64,000 nt of DNA from Antedon mediterranea (Eukaryota; Animalia; Echinodermata): positions 18,101,648-18,165,647 of the forward strand of contig NC_092673.1 of assembly GCF_964355755.1 (NCBI RefSeq). The letters are read 5' to 3'. The position numbers were made by a program, and so were the translations under genes. Below, piece by piece: positions 39,801 to 48,703 of the stretch; positions within the stretch are counted from its first letter, which is position 1, and the number at the start of each line of letters is the position of its first letter. Under the pieces are notes generated by a model that worked only from the letters and a program-made list of their open reading frames with translations, was not told the origin of the DNA and did not search any database.

Positions 39801-42800
39801 CAATGTGATCTTAAATGGGACATTCAAGTTAATGAATGTGTTTCTAAAGCATCTAAACGACTTTTTACCCTTTCCATTCTTAGGAAAGCTTTGGCCCCAG
39901 CTAACGACCTGTTAACTGTTTTTACTACGTACATACGTCCAGTTTTGGAATATGCGTGTCCCTTGTGGCATAGCTCATTAACCAATATCCAATGTACTAG
40001 AATTGAAAGGGTACAAAAGAGAGCTCTAAGATGTATTTACGGTGCTAATTACATCAGTTATGAAAATGCTTTATCCATGTCTGGATTATGTTCCCTTAAA
40101 ACCAGAAGAGATAACTTGATGATGAAATTTGGGAAGGAGATACTACTCTCTAAACTCTATCGTGATATGCTTCCCCCTTATCATAACCGCGGTCGCAATT
40201 TGAGAAATTTTAATTTGTTGTGTCCAACGCTCTACCATCCCTAACATTATTGATAGAATGAATGAAGCTTCTAAAACTAAAACTTTGTAGGTTTATAACA
40301 TTAATAATAATTACCGCATGTTTTGGTTTATCTGGGTCTTTTGGCATTTTAAATTTTAAATATTTTTAACGGCTTTTTAATGATCTTATTTTCTGTGTAC
40401 TTGTATATATTATATTGTTGTTAGAGTCTTTTAAATTTTTTACTTTGTACGTTGTTTGCAGAATTTTTCAGCCGTTGACTGCCTTCTGTTTGTACTATTT
40501 ATGTGTTTTTTATGAATAAATACCTATATATATCTTATGTCTTAAGCTGGCCTTTAATATACTGTTCAACATATACTAACAATAACTGTCTTTTCTGGAT
40601 GTTTTTATTGAACAGAAGTGACAAAGCAATTTCCATCGGATTCATCAGATACTCTTAGTGATGAATTTCAAACACAAGTAGTGGAACAGGAAACTAAACC
40701 TGAACCAGAGAGTGGTGAGTGTCATAAAATATTAGTTGTGTTATTATGGTTAAAATAACTTTAAATGTAGAATGGATTTTAGCTACATTTTTTTTTTATT
40801 TCAACATTTATAAAAAAAAGAATGTCTTTAAACAGATTTAGAAAAAAATACTAAATTCATACATTTAAACGATTGATAAGGTAAATGACTTATTTAACTA
40901 ATCTTTAAAACAACATGTCTTTTATTATTAGTCAAGAATAAAAGCTGATACACTGAACAATATCTGCATAAATACTGTCATGATATTTATATATAAGTTG
41001 CTGTGACACTTACAGGCCACCGTACTTTGATCACACAAACAAAACATATTCATTATGGTCGGCAATGTATTATCAACAAACTTAAAAATAAGAGATAGTT
41101 CTCTATCCAATGTAAATAGAACAGTTTATATTTCATCAAAGAACATATTGTTATTGTTAATCTTATTTTGATATGCTTGCTCTATAAATTCAACAACAGA
41201 TTAATTATGATTGATCAAAGTTCTCTGTGAAGCTGTCAACATCTTTGAAAATAGGCTTCTGGGCTCAACTTACTAAGTATTTGCTGCCCCATATATCTGG
41301 GAAAATTGGCCGTTGGTAGAGACAAAATTTGAAATTTACTTTGTTATTTATAAAGTCGCAAATTAGCATGCAACATACAAATACATTGCAAAATAATAAC
41401 AAATTGATATTAATTACGGTAATAATCAAATTAGGGTGTGTTACATTGTATAGGTCTATGGTACAGGGCTCAGGTGGCAGGCCTTTACTTTACTTGCCAA
41501 CTAATGTTTATTTTTTTCTTATATAAATTTTCTGGTTTTTTATTGTAATAACCTAATGCTATTTTTTGTAATATATTAATAAACCATAAATCAATAAAAA
41601 AAAATGAGGTTCTGCACAGTAAATGAAGATGATAATGGATGAAAATGTATTAGAAATTTATGTTATTGTGGTTGATTGTGTTGAGTAATGAATAATCAAA
41701 TGCTGTTGCTTGTGATATTTAATTCTTAATACTAATACTCATTTCAGATCTGCAGTCGCCAGAAAATGACAGGTAAGTAGTACTGTATAATGAGTGTATC
41801 ACAGTATCTATACTGTTTATTTATACTCTCCAATACCATAGAGATAGACCAACACCCTGCTAGTTAATTGTTTGCCCTGAGATGATAGTCTGGAAGGGAT
41901 ATTATTACTATCACTTGTGTGTCTATCAGTTCAGTTGTATACTAATAACATAACCTGTTAATACAACCATAAAGTTCAACCATAGAAATAGTGTTGAAAC
42001 AATTATACACAAAATCAAGAATAACAAACATCAAAAGAACTTTTAAACCCAACAACCAAGTTATAATAATAATGAAACAATCCTGGTTTTATATAGAATT
42101 ACATTCTGCATAAGCTTAACGGAGGATGACGGACCTTTTGTCCTACCAATATTTTTAATTTCAGTAAGATATATGCCACACTTCCGTTTTGGCCGACAGA
42201 CTCCCATATTTATACTTGTCTCCTTATGCTCCTGGTTTTATATTCTCCCGTATTACAAAGATAACTGAACTTTGATGTATATGTGTTGCTTTCTGCAATA
42301 AAATATAAAAAAAAAAAGCTAAAAAAACATACAAATTTATGATATTTAAGTCATAATTTATTGATCACCTTATTGAAGGGGATTCTTTTCACATAGTCAT
42401 TATGGTACCAATTGCTCCTTGCATTTCCTGATTTTGATAATAATACTGTAAAAAAGGGAGTGGGGATGGGTTGCTAGAACCATAAAACCCTCCTGCTTAC
42501 GAGTCTGTTATCCTTATTATAGGGAGTGGGGAGGGTTTGCTAAAACTATAAAACCCTCCTGCTTACGAGTCTGTTATCTTTATTATAGGTTTACTAATGT
42601 GTACATATACATTTTTATTTCTAGCCTGAAAGAAAGCATACAGACATTTGTCAAAGGTAATTTCCTTAGTCTTATGTTGAAACCGAATAAAATCAAATCA
42701 AGTCATGAGTCTTAAAAAATTGAAATGAGGCAAATCAAAGAAATGTATTTTTTTCACTTTTATAGCTATAAACAAAATAATTAAGTTCCAACAAATATAA

Positions 42801-43000
42801 AAGTTGTAATTGTAGATTTTGATTTTCAAATTTAATAAACGCAAAAAAAATAATAATAAAACTGTAAAATCTTGAAAGCTCACACAAAAATTAAAGGTGT
42901 TTAAATCAATTATTTTTTTTCCCTTTTTCTTTCAGAGAACTGTGGCTTGATAATTTGTTGTATTGTAGCTGTAGTATTGGCATATAAGCATTGGAAATAG
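3395..43000 (+). CDS. Multi-exon gene: ankyrin repeats - ZU5/UPA - tandem DED - linker - HEPN (DZIP3-like)/coiled coil - linker - C-terminal TM; about 1253 aa if all 29 exons are used
   Basis: Exons with ag/gt borders and compatible phases: 3395-3402, 3772-3865, 5077-5187, 5841-5951, 7428-7547, 7768-7875, 8094-8201, 10419-10503, 14409-14465, 17130-17644, 19439-19573, 20139-20280, 20725-20754, 21736-22251, 23261-23305, 24387-24449, 24873-24986, 25202-25300, 26332-26356, 27728-27759, 31607-31651, 34464-35165, 37840-37902, 38508-38624, 38826-38921, 40616-40714, 41748-41772, 42625-42656, 42936-43000. The sum is 3762 nt with an open frame to TAG. No transcript evidence. Confidence 0.8.
4004..4912. 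repeat. About 71-bp intronic minisatellite, roughly 13 copies
   Basis: acactgatgatggaggtataacctgcatgtactgattaaccacattaggctaaaaataataatataaatac units. Confidence 0.95.
5077..5187 (+). CDS. Ankyrin repeat exon 1 (37 aa, phase 0-0)
   Basis: ttccag|NGDTPLHSYLKSGVYAPTLEIVTCLIQHGAPVALQNK|gta; GxTPLH...EIV..L...GA ankyrin consensus. Confidence 0.9.
5841..5951 (+). CDS. Ankyrin repeat exon 2 (identical to exon 1)
   Basis: Same 111 nt as 5077-5187, with ttccag/gtaatg borders. Confidence 0.88.
7428..7547 (+). CDS. Ankyrin repeat exon 3 (40 aa)
   Basis: GGNTPLHSYLRNRGYTTTIPTLEIVTCLIQHGAPVALQNK, phase 0-0. Confidence 0.9.
7768..7875 (+). CDS. Ankyrin repeat exon 4 (36 aa)
   Basis: YGETLLHSYLESGYTPTLEIVTCLIQHGAPVALQKK, phase 0-0; not in the ORF track. 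Confidence 0.88.
8094..8201 (+). CDS. Ankyrin repeat exon 5 (36 aa)
   Basis: DGDTPLHSYLRRQYKPTLEIVTCLIEHGSPVALQNK, phase 0-0. Confidence 0.9.
9270..9779. mobile_element. PIF/Harbinger-like MITE
   Basis: TIRs gggcgtgtgtctattga / tcaatagaaacaggccc; TTA TSD at 9267-9269 and 9780-9782. Confidence 0.75.
9899..9915 (+). pseudogene. Truncated ankyrin exon remnant
   Basis: The conserved upstream intron and ttccag acceptor are followed by GAT GTC GAC ACT CCA (DVDTP); homology then stops and a TAG follows. Confidence 0.75.
10419..10503 (+). CDS. Ankyrin C-cap exon (phase 0-1)
   Basis: tttaatag|DGNTPVSILESNRLISDQRKTEILNFLE+G|gtaagt. Confidence 0.8.
14409..14465 (+). CDS. Linker exon (phase 1-1)
   Basis: tttttcag|(D)LPSPVSDQFEKLKVEKQN|gtgagt. 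Confidence 0.7.
14960..16420 (-). mobile_element. Degenerate non-LTR retrotransposon RT fragment with an internal 69-bp triplication
   Basis: YQFAFKAKHSTDTC...LDASKAFDQVN and NGVRQGGVMSPLLYNIY RT motifs; stops and frameshifts; 69-bp unit repeated at about 15229-15470. Confidence 0.85.
15939..16386. mobile_element. piggyBac-type MITE inserted in the LINE fragment
   Basis: TTAA|ccctttaaagac ... gtcttcaaatgg|TTAA; removing it rejoins the RT frame (HIKYASKGL/NILLSICFN on the minus strand). Confidence 0.75.
17130..17644 (+). CDS. ZU5 domain exon with HFS motif
   Basis: VGFAGETLHL...ISPIVKCGPEGTSFKKPISLSFPH...LIHFSFYALIG matches the ZU5 consensus of UNC5/PIDD/UNC5CL. Confidence 0.88.
17817..19274 (+). 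mobile_element. Non-autonomous Helitron, copy 1
   Basis: A|TCTATATATAAATTTACG ... hairpin ... CATCTAG|T; second copy at 28477. Confidence 0.85.
19439..20280 (+). CDS. Two UPA-like domain exons (19439-19573, 20139-20280)
   Basis: TIKEEHSEIGEKPLITPVDILSMYMDMNITVAVSEQEWKVHEKKK / TVTAEYLWRGTPLKNFLLKRGNSSAKVLKATVSLSQ...; beta-rich, directly after ZU5, phases fit. Confidence 0.7.
20896..20994 (-). pseudogene. 5S rRNA-derived sequence (pseudogene or SINE3 head)
   Basis: Reverse complement tacggccttatcatgttgaaacactggttttcttgtctgatcaccaaagttgagcaacg...cttggatgggagaccgtctggga resembles metazoan 5S including box A and box C; the 3' end diverges. Confidence 0.8.
21736..22251 (+). CDS. Tandem death-effector-domain (DED-DED)-like exon (phase 1-1)
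   Basis: FNKLNYDLSE...DYFNELSEKGYIKPTDVGLLLNI...VVAQY followed by LSPYRKRLCKALREF...IWDVAFELERKNKL, resembling caspase-8/cFLIP prodomain repeats. Confidence 0.7.
22545..23167. mobile_element. Kolobok-like MITE
   Basis: TTAA|agacaccttccctaca ... tgtagggaaggtgtct|TTAA; empty site with a single TTAA in the paralogous intron at 31511. Confidence 0.85.
23261..27759 (+). CDS. Linker exon block copy 1 (six small S/T/E/Q-rich exons)
   Basis: 23261-23305, 24387-24449, 24873-24986, 25202-25300, 26332-26356, 27728-27759; canonical borders, frame kept, conserved in copy 2. Confidence 0.75.
24550..24777. repeat. 36-bp minisatellite, about 6 copies
   Basis: aaaatgtatagttatgttactctccaaaatgaacat units. 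Confidence 0.92.
27051..27690. repeat. About 65-bp minisatellite, roughly 10 copies
   Basis: gggagtggggaggg(g/t)ttgctagaaccataaaaccctcctgcttacgagtctgttatccttattata units. Confidence 0.92.
27771..28342. repeat. About 88-bp tandem repeat, 6-7 copies
   Basis: aatcattattgataatctatacattgttacaacatgctgctattagctgtgatatcttcattcctcttaccagtagtagtactatcag units. Confidence 0.92.
28380..30330 (+). mobile_element. CR1/L2-like LINE endonuclease fragment, interrupted by a Helitron
   Basis: IDPDQNF, HFNARSL, IYRAP, ILGDFNIDIL, SLIDNI and SGLLYSDIS are AP-endonuclease motifs. Confidence 0.75.
28477..29616 (+). mobile_element. Non-autonomous Helitron, copy 2, inside a LINE fragment
   Basis: Same TC/CTAG termini and subterminal hairpin; internal deletion relative to copy 1. 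Confidence 0.85.
30690..31483 (-). mobile_element. Helentron-associated (HINE/DINE-1-like) element with GACA/GACC microsatellites
   Basis: agtcgcg subterminal repeats, terminal palindrome gagtcgcttccacgcgact and tetranucleotide microsatellites; absent from the paralogous site near 22510. Confidence 0.65.
31607..42656 (+). CDS. Linker exon block copy 2 (seven small exons flanking the HEPN exon)
   Basis: 31607-31651, 37840-37902, 38508-38624, 38826-38921, 40616-40714, 41748-41772, 42625-42656; paralogous to copy 1. Confidence 0.75.
33208..33882 (+). mobile_element. HINE/DINE-1-like element
   Basis: 5' ttacctccgcc and 3' ggcggaggta subterminal inverted repeat, followed by a hairpin and ctagtt. 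Confidence 0.75.
34464..35165 (+). CDS. DZIP3/hRUL138-like HEPN domain plus coiled-coil exon (702 nt, phase 1-1)
   Basis: NYFRICCLL..EGTKAMR.FF...Q..LLFP......EDFDMTLL.ILI.NLC...DLRIFRNDQAH...ISQHDF...W..LS.IL; RxxxxH at 34811-34828; C-terminal heptad-like K/E/L run. Confidence 0.85.
35650..36462 (-). mobile_element. RTE-clade LINE endonuclease fragment
   Basis: GDFNAKVG, IGNFGSGHRNDRGE, NTFFKK...RWTWRSPDG..KNEIDLIL, SDHR. Confidence 0.85.
39140..40525 (+). mobile_element. 5'-truncated CR1/L2-like LINE (RT plus 3'UTR)
   Basis: ORF 39159-40244 with DFTKAFDRVDH, GVPQGTKLGP and a mutated YVND catalytic motif; AT-rich 3'UTR ending in aataaa. Confidence 0.9.
42936..43000 (+). CDS. Terminal exon encoding a tail-anchor transmembrane helix
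   Basis: Long pyrimidine tract, then ttcag|(E)NCGLIICCIVAVVLAYKHWK*. Confidence 0.8.
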
Positions 43001-43320
43001 TATTGGTTACTGTTGGTTCATTTATTTGGGCTCAATGTTTTGAGAAAAATTTATCAAGAGGATATATTGTGATGCATCATTATTGAAAAAATGTCTATTT
43101 TTTCAATGATGGAATTCTATCTTAGTACCACATATAGTATAGCCTGTTTCACTGCACACCAGGCCATATGAATACCTGAAGAAATCTGAGTTATGTTGTA
43201 AACCACTTTGATAGATTATTACATACCACATCTGAGTTATGTTGTAAACCACTTTGATACAGATAGATTATTACATACCACAATAAACCATACTTTTTAA
43301 TATGCCATCTTTAAAAATTA

Positions 43321-44373
43321 AACAAGTGAGATCTTCTTAGTAGAATACTCTCAGCTTTAATATATCAACATCATTAAAGAAAACAGGTTAACGGTATTTC
43401 TTATCAAATTTTGTTTAAAACCTTTTCAGTACAATTCCTATCAATTTGATACCTCATAACCCCTGAAGGCCAGTATCTCTCTATACTCACCAACCTCCAC
43501 CCCTCTTCAATCAAATCCTTCCCAGTATAAATTTCAATTCAACAACTTCATAGTGAGAGACCAAGCCGGCGATATATAGCTATGATGAGCCTATGGTTTA
43601 AGTACTTTGTAAACTGTGTAAATGAATAGGTGTAATATTGGCTAATGATTAAAATATCTAATTTTGAATTACCTCTGCCCAGCCTTCTTTATCCTCTCCC
43701 CATCCCAGCCACAATCAACAAACCTTAACGCCTCCCTAGGACAGTTAAAATGTAGTAACTGTTCCCAGTACAATTCCAATCATGTTGTACCTTATTAACG
43801 CCAGTATCTCCGCCCTTCCCCTCCCAACACAACCCGTAATGGGGTGATGTGTTTCCAGTACAATTATGATGAGCCATCATTCCCAAAGTTTTCGAATGTA
43901 GTTTAAAACATTCCCAGGATAGGCCTACACTCCAAACTCCCAACCGCTTCCCAAGGATAATTACAATACTTTAAAAAGTTTCTACTACAATTCATTGCGG
44001 TAATTTTGATACCCATATGTATGGTTACGAGCATAAACAAACATCAAAATTGCGGAAAAGTGAGGCATTTTCACCATATTTTGGCCCCTAACTTGGATCC
44101 AAAATGGCAGATAATGTTCAAATATAGTTTAAAACATTCCCAGTACAATTGAGGTCATTTTGTCGAACAAACATTATAAGTGGAGAAAAGTGAGGGATTT
44201 TGACCCCATTTTGGCTTCTAACTTGGATTCAAGATGGCGATTCAAGATGTTCAAAAATAGTTTAGATCCTTCCCAGTACAATTGCAGTTATTTTGATACC
44301 CCGCTATGTATGAAAAAATATTTGTATAATGAAACAGACAAACAAACATACAAACTCTCACTTATAATATAGA
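43321..44373 (-). mobile_element. Probable non-autonomous Helitron-like element
   Basis: Minus-strand start a|tctatattataagtgagagtttgtatgtttgtttgtctg; internal ttcccagtacaatt repeats; other end approximate. Confidence 0.5.
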
Positions 44374-45633
44374 TTTGTAGTTAATTTTAAATCATTATAA
44401 ATAAATACTTATGTAATTACCATTAATTGTATATTGTAATAATATATTTGTAAAGAATTTTAATACATCTTAAATTATAAATATAAATATTGTTATACTG
44501 TATAAATTAATATTTATCTGTGTAAATTATTATTTTTTACATTGTTATGTTGAGGACCCCTTCTGAAACAACTATCAAGCTTAAAGAGGGTGGGGGTGTG
44601 AGAGTACAGTTATCAATTCTAACAATAATTGATAAAATGCTTTTTAATTTTTGAATTCAATTTAGCAATTATTTCATTCTGCCGTTGCGATAAATACACC
44701 CGTCCATACAGTGATGAAATATCGGTATCATTAAGCAGTAGGACAATCCCGCCGAAAACGAGGCAGTTGAAATCTATGGATCATATAAGATTCAGTTTAA
44801 TGTAGGTTTGTGTTTGCTGATACAGACCAATTGCTCAATTTCAAAATTTAATGGAAAGTAGATGGACAAACAGACAGACATACATACTATTTTGTTATGT
44901 TTACAGTTTAGATACCTCAAGTTGTACACAATTAGCACACATATTTAAATTTTGTTTTCTTCAAGTATTGAAACACTGTACTGTATTTAGTTAAATTCCT
45001 CTACAATCTTATTGTGTTTTCATTAGTGTATTATATTGCAGCTATGTTGATAAGAATGTGTTAAATGAAAACATTTGGTCAAATATGTATTTGATATGTT
45101 TTGGTTGATAAGAATAGTACTGATAATGTTGAAATTGTTTGTGTTGTCAACAATGATAATAACAGTGTAATTTTAATCAAATCATGTAATAATTAGACAC
45201 ATGACAATCTAAGTGTATTGTGACCAAGACAATCATATTTTCTACTCAACAACACAATTTATTGTGGATAATTTAACCCACAAGCTGTAGTTGTTTAAAG
45301 GTACAATTGATAATGATAACTATTAATGATACAAATTTATCGATCTGTGTGAACTGTAATCTTAAAATGTCTGTTTAATTCATATTTTGCAATGTCAATG
45401 TTTTCATTCTTAATGCTGCATTTTGGGTAAAGTTTGACCTACTGTAATTAATATAATACATATCATAGTTCAATTCACAATAACATATTTGTCTTTCTTT
45501 TCTAAATACAGTAAATGAACAGAGTTTGAATAGTAAAAATAAAGAGGCAAAATACCCTGGAACTGGAAGTACTTTGGAAAGTCTTCCAATTTTATTTTAA
45601 TTGAGAGAACCAGTTAATGATATAGTTTGTTAA

Positions 45634-45980
45634 AGATGTATTGTCCCCCAAAAACATGACAAATAAATGTTAATACAATCAGATTTTGAATAGGAAATTT
45701 ACAGTTTTAATAAAGTTATTCACTTCTGTAGAAAAAAAATCATTACAAATAATTATTTCACTTATAAAAAGACAAAAGAAATGGTTAATTTCAACCAAAA
45801 ACCATTGTCTTCCAGACAATTTAGGTATATTTTGCTTTAAATTAAATTTTTTTTGGGGGAATTTTTTTTTTTTTTGGTTTGTTTTTAGTCAAAGTGAATA
45901 GATATAAAATATGTGATATTAAAATGGCATACTCAAAAAAAAAATGTAAACAATAATTTTTTTAGGGGGACAATATATCT
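45634..45980. mobile_element. Kolobok-like MITE
   Basis: TTAA|agatgtattgtcccc ... ggggacaatatatct|TTAA. Confidence 0.8.
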
Positions 45981-47061
45981 TTAATTAATGCTTTTTATAT
46001 GCAGAATTACAAAAACAAAACGGGACAAACACATACGCAAATGAGACCAGGTAAACGGAAGTAAATAATTAAATCCTTGCAGCCTCTAATCCTTCCCCTT
46101 ACCATACTAGACATAGACACAACTTTGTTGAATCTCACTGTGCTACTAAACACCACTTCTCTAGCCCTGTTCCATACTTGATCCAGTTATTAAACAAACA
46201 ATGCTTAAATCTAAATTAATGTTTGATGAATGATTTTTTATAGTGTTCAATTTGTTTGTACAGTACTAAATTATATTGTTTATGAATGAATTTTAGAATG
46301 TCTATTTGGTAAATGAAATGTTCTATATTTTGATGCTTTTTCACTTTTAATTCAATTTTGTAAATTAAACTCAATTCAGTATTTATGCTGTTATGTTTTA
46401 ATGTTATTCATATTTGTTAATAAATACTAATGAATGAAAAAACATATTTGTTTGTTTGTAAGGATAGTGTTTTTTTTTTAAAGGGGGAGATTTTATATCA
46501 AATTGTACGTGCTTAGCTATAATTCATTGTGTATTATAGGAATAATATTATTCATTTCACCATGGAGAAATAAGTTTCTCCATGATTTCACCAACCCAGA
46601 GATTGCAGCAGTGATAAAATTTGTAGGCAAATTGTGATTGCGCCCTCTATAAAAAATTAAGTTTATCACCCACCACATGTTTTATACAGAAGAATGTCAA
46701 AAACATGGAGTACTTATTCTTTACTCCATGGTCAAAAACAAGAAGTAAGTTTTGTTTCATTATCTTTATACTGTATTGTTTTAATAGCAGGGCTTTTTTT
46801 GGATCTTATATTCGTATTATAGTCTATAGGCCCTACCTAGCAAGCTAACTAGGCCAGGTCTAAGTAAGGCCTCTAGGCTAGGCCTAGCCAGCCAGGCCTA
46901 CTACTAGCTAGGGCCTACTAGGCTAGGCCTACTAGCCGGCCTAGTCTAGGCTTCCTTAGCCATCTACGTACTATACTACTACTAGGCTTAACTTAGGGAC
47001 GCTAGTTCCGTTTCGCACCTGTCTTTTATTTCAATTCCAAATGTGTTAAGGAACTTTATAC

Positions 47062-48703
47062 TGAATACCACACCTTAGAATTTGGCCTCATAAGTACTTT
47101 TACGATGGAGAATCACAGAAAAAGTAACAAATAAATCCTTTAAATTGATGAATTTACAGACGTGTTTCTTGCACACAGTTTGTGAATTTCGCATTCTCAA
47201 TGTTCAATATTGATGTTTCTATGAAGCGCCAAAAGAGCAACTATAATAATAGAGGGCTAAAAAGGCAGTGGGATGCGTATACGTACCGTAAAACCTCGAA
47301 AAGAAGCCCATGGGCTTAAACCTCGAAAAGAAGCCCATCTCGAAAAGAAGCCCCCCTCTACAGTTTGCAAAAGTACTCTCGAAAAGAAGCCCATCTCGAA
47401 ATGAGGCCCCCTGGGCTTCTTTTTGAGATAGACTACTACAAGCGATAGGCGAATTCTTATTTAACAAAGTGGGTTGGCAATGCCTGGTCCATGATCATGA
47501 ACACAAATCCATCGCTGCAAATTCGGTTGTTCATAAAGTGTGGGATAAATGTAGCCCTTGATGGTTCTGAAAACAAAACAAAGAAGTAAACGTCGAAGGG
47601 TTGGTTGGATATGAGATGCCATCATCGACAGACGACACTCTTAAATATTATTCCATTGTGATGACGACGATGATAACGAAATGATTGACGGTGAATCATA
47701 GGACTGTTTTTTGGCTTTTTATATTGTTTTTTAATTGGTATATTAAACATAATTTCATGGTTGAAAAAATGTCTCAAAAGTCATATTGTAGTAGAAATTC
47801 ACAAAATTTACAGCATTCATTTCGAAAAGAAACCTCCCTCTACAGTTTGCAAAATCACTCTTGAAAAGAAGCCCATCTCGAATAGAAGCCCATCTCAAAA
47901 AGAAGCCCACCCAAGAGCACTAAAAAAAGAAGAAGCCCATGGGCTTCTTTTCAAGGTTTTACGGTATTTAATGCATCTAGGCCTATTGGTGAAAATTACG
48001 TTCAATTTCAATATATTTCGTCAATGTTAATACAACTAAAATGTTACTGTTGATACTGTACATGGTTTTCGACAAATTCATCATCATAAGATGTAGTGTA
48101 GGTTATATACCTCAATGATCTAAATCGCTGTTCCGCAACCTATGGGGCGCGACCCAAACAGAAAAAAATTTATGGTTCGCGAAATTGTTTCCGATACTGA
48201 AACTTTTTTATCAATTATACACTGATCTATATGTGAATATGCTTGGTTTGTAAGATCAAATACGCAATGTTGGGTCGCGAAAATTCCCAAAATAGGATCA
48301 TGGGGTCGCGGTCAAAAAAGTATCCCTCTTAGTCTTAGTCTGGGTATGGACTAATAAGTTATGCTGATTTAGGGTCGGTTTTTTGAAAATAGCACATTAT
48401 CAGCAGTAACATGTAACAACATTTTTATTGACAAAAAATTGGAAATTAAAACGTGTATTTCATAAATAGATGGATTAAAAGTAGACGCATTCCACTGAAT
48501 TTTTAACCCTCTATTATAGTTGCTCTTTTGGTGCTCCATAGAAACGAAAATATTGAACTTCGTGTATGCGAAATTCGCTAATGGTGTGCAAGAAACACGT
48601 CTGTAAAATCATCAATTTAAAGGATTACTTTAAATGGTTACTTTTTATGTGATTCTTCTTCATACAAGTACTTATGAGGCTCAATTCTAAGGTGTGGTAT
48701 TCA
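47062..48703. mobile_element. Long-inverted-repeat (foldback-like) element with nested insertions
   Basis: Arms of about 200 bp (tgaataccacaccttagaatt...aaaagagcaactataat) inverted at about 48500-48703; related arms occur inside the 51495 and 61316 elements. Confidence 0.65.
47286..47964. mobile_element. Tc1/mariner-type MITE
   Basis: TA|ccgtaaaacctcgaaaagaagcccatggg ... cccatgggcttcttttcaaggttttacgg|TA. Confidence 0.82.

Noticed and set aside
39159-40244. RT ORF as a domesticated or diversity-generating enzyme for the ankyrin array
   Set aside because: An ordinary 5'-truncated LINE with a mutated catalytic motif (YVND). There is no template/variable repeat pair, and the ankyrin changes are not adenine-specific
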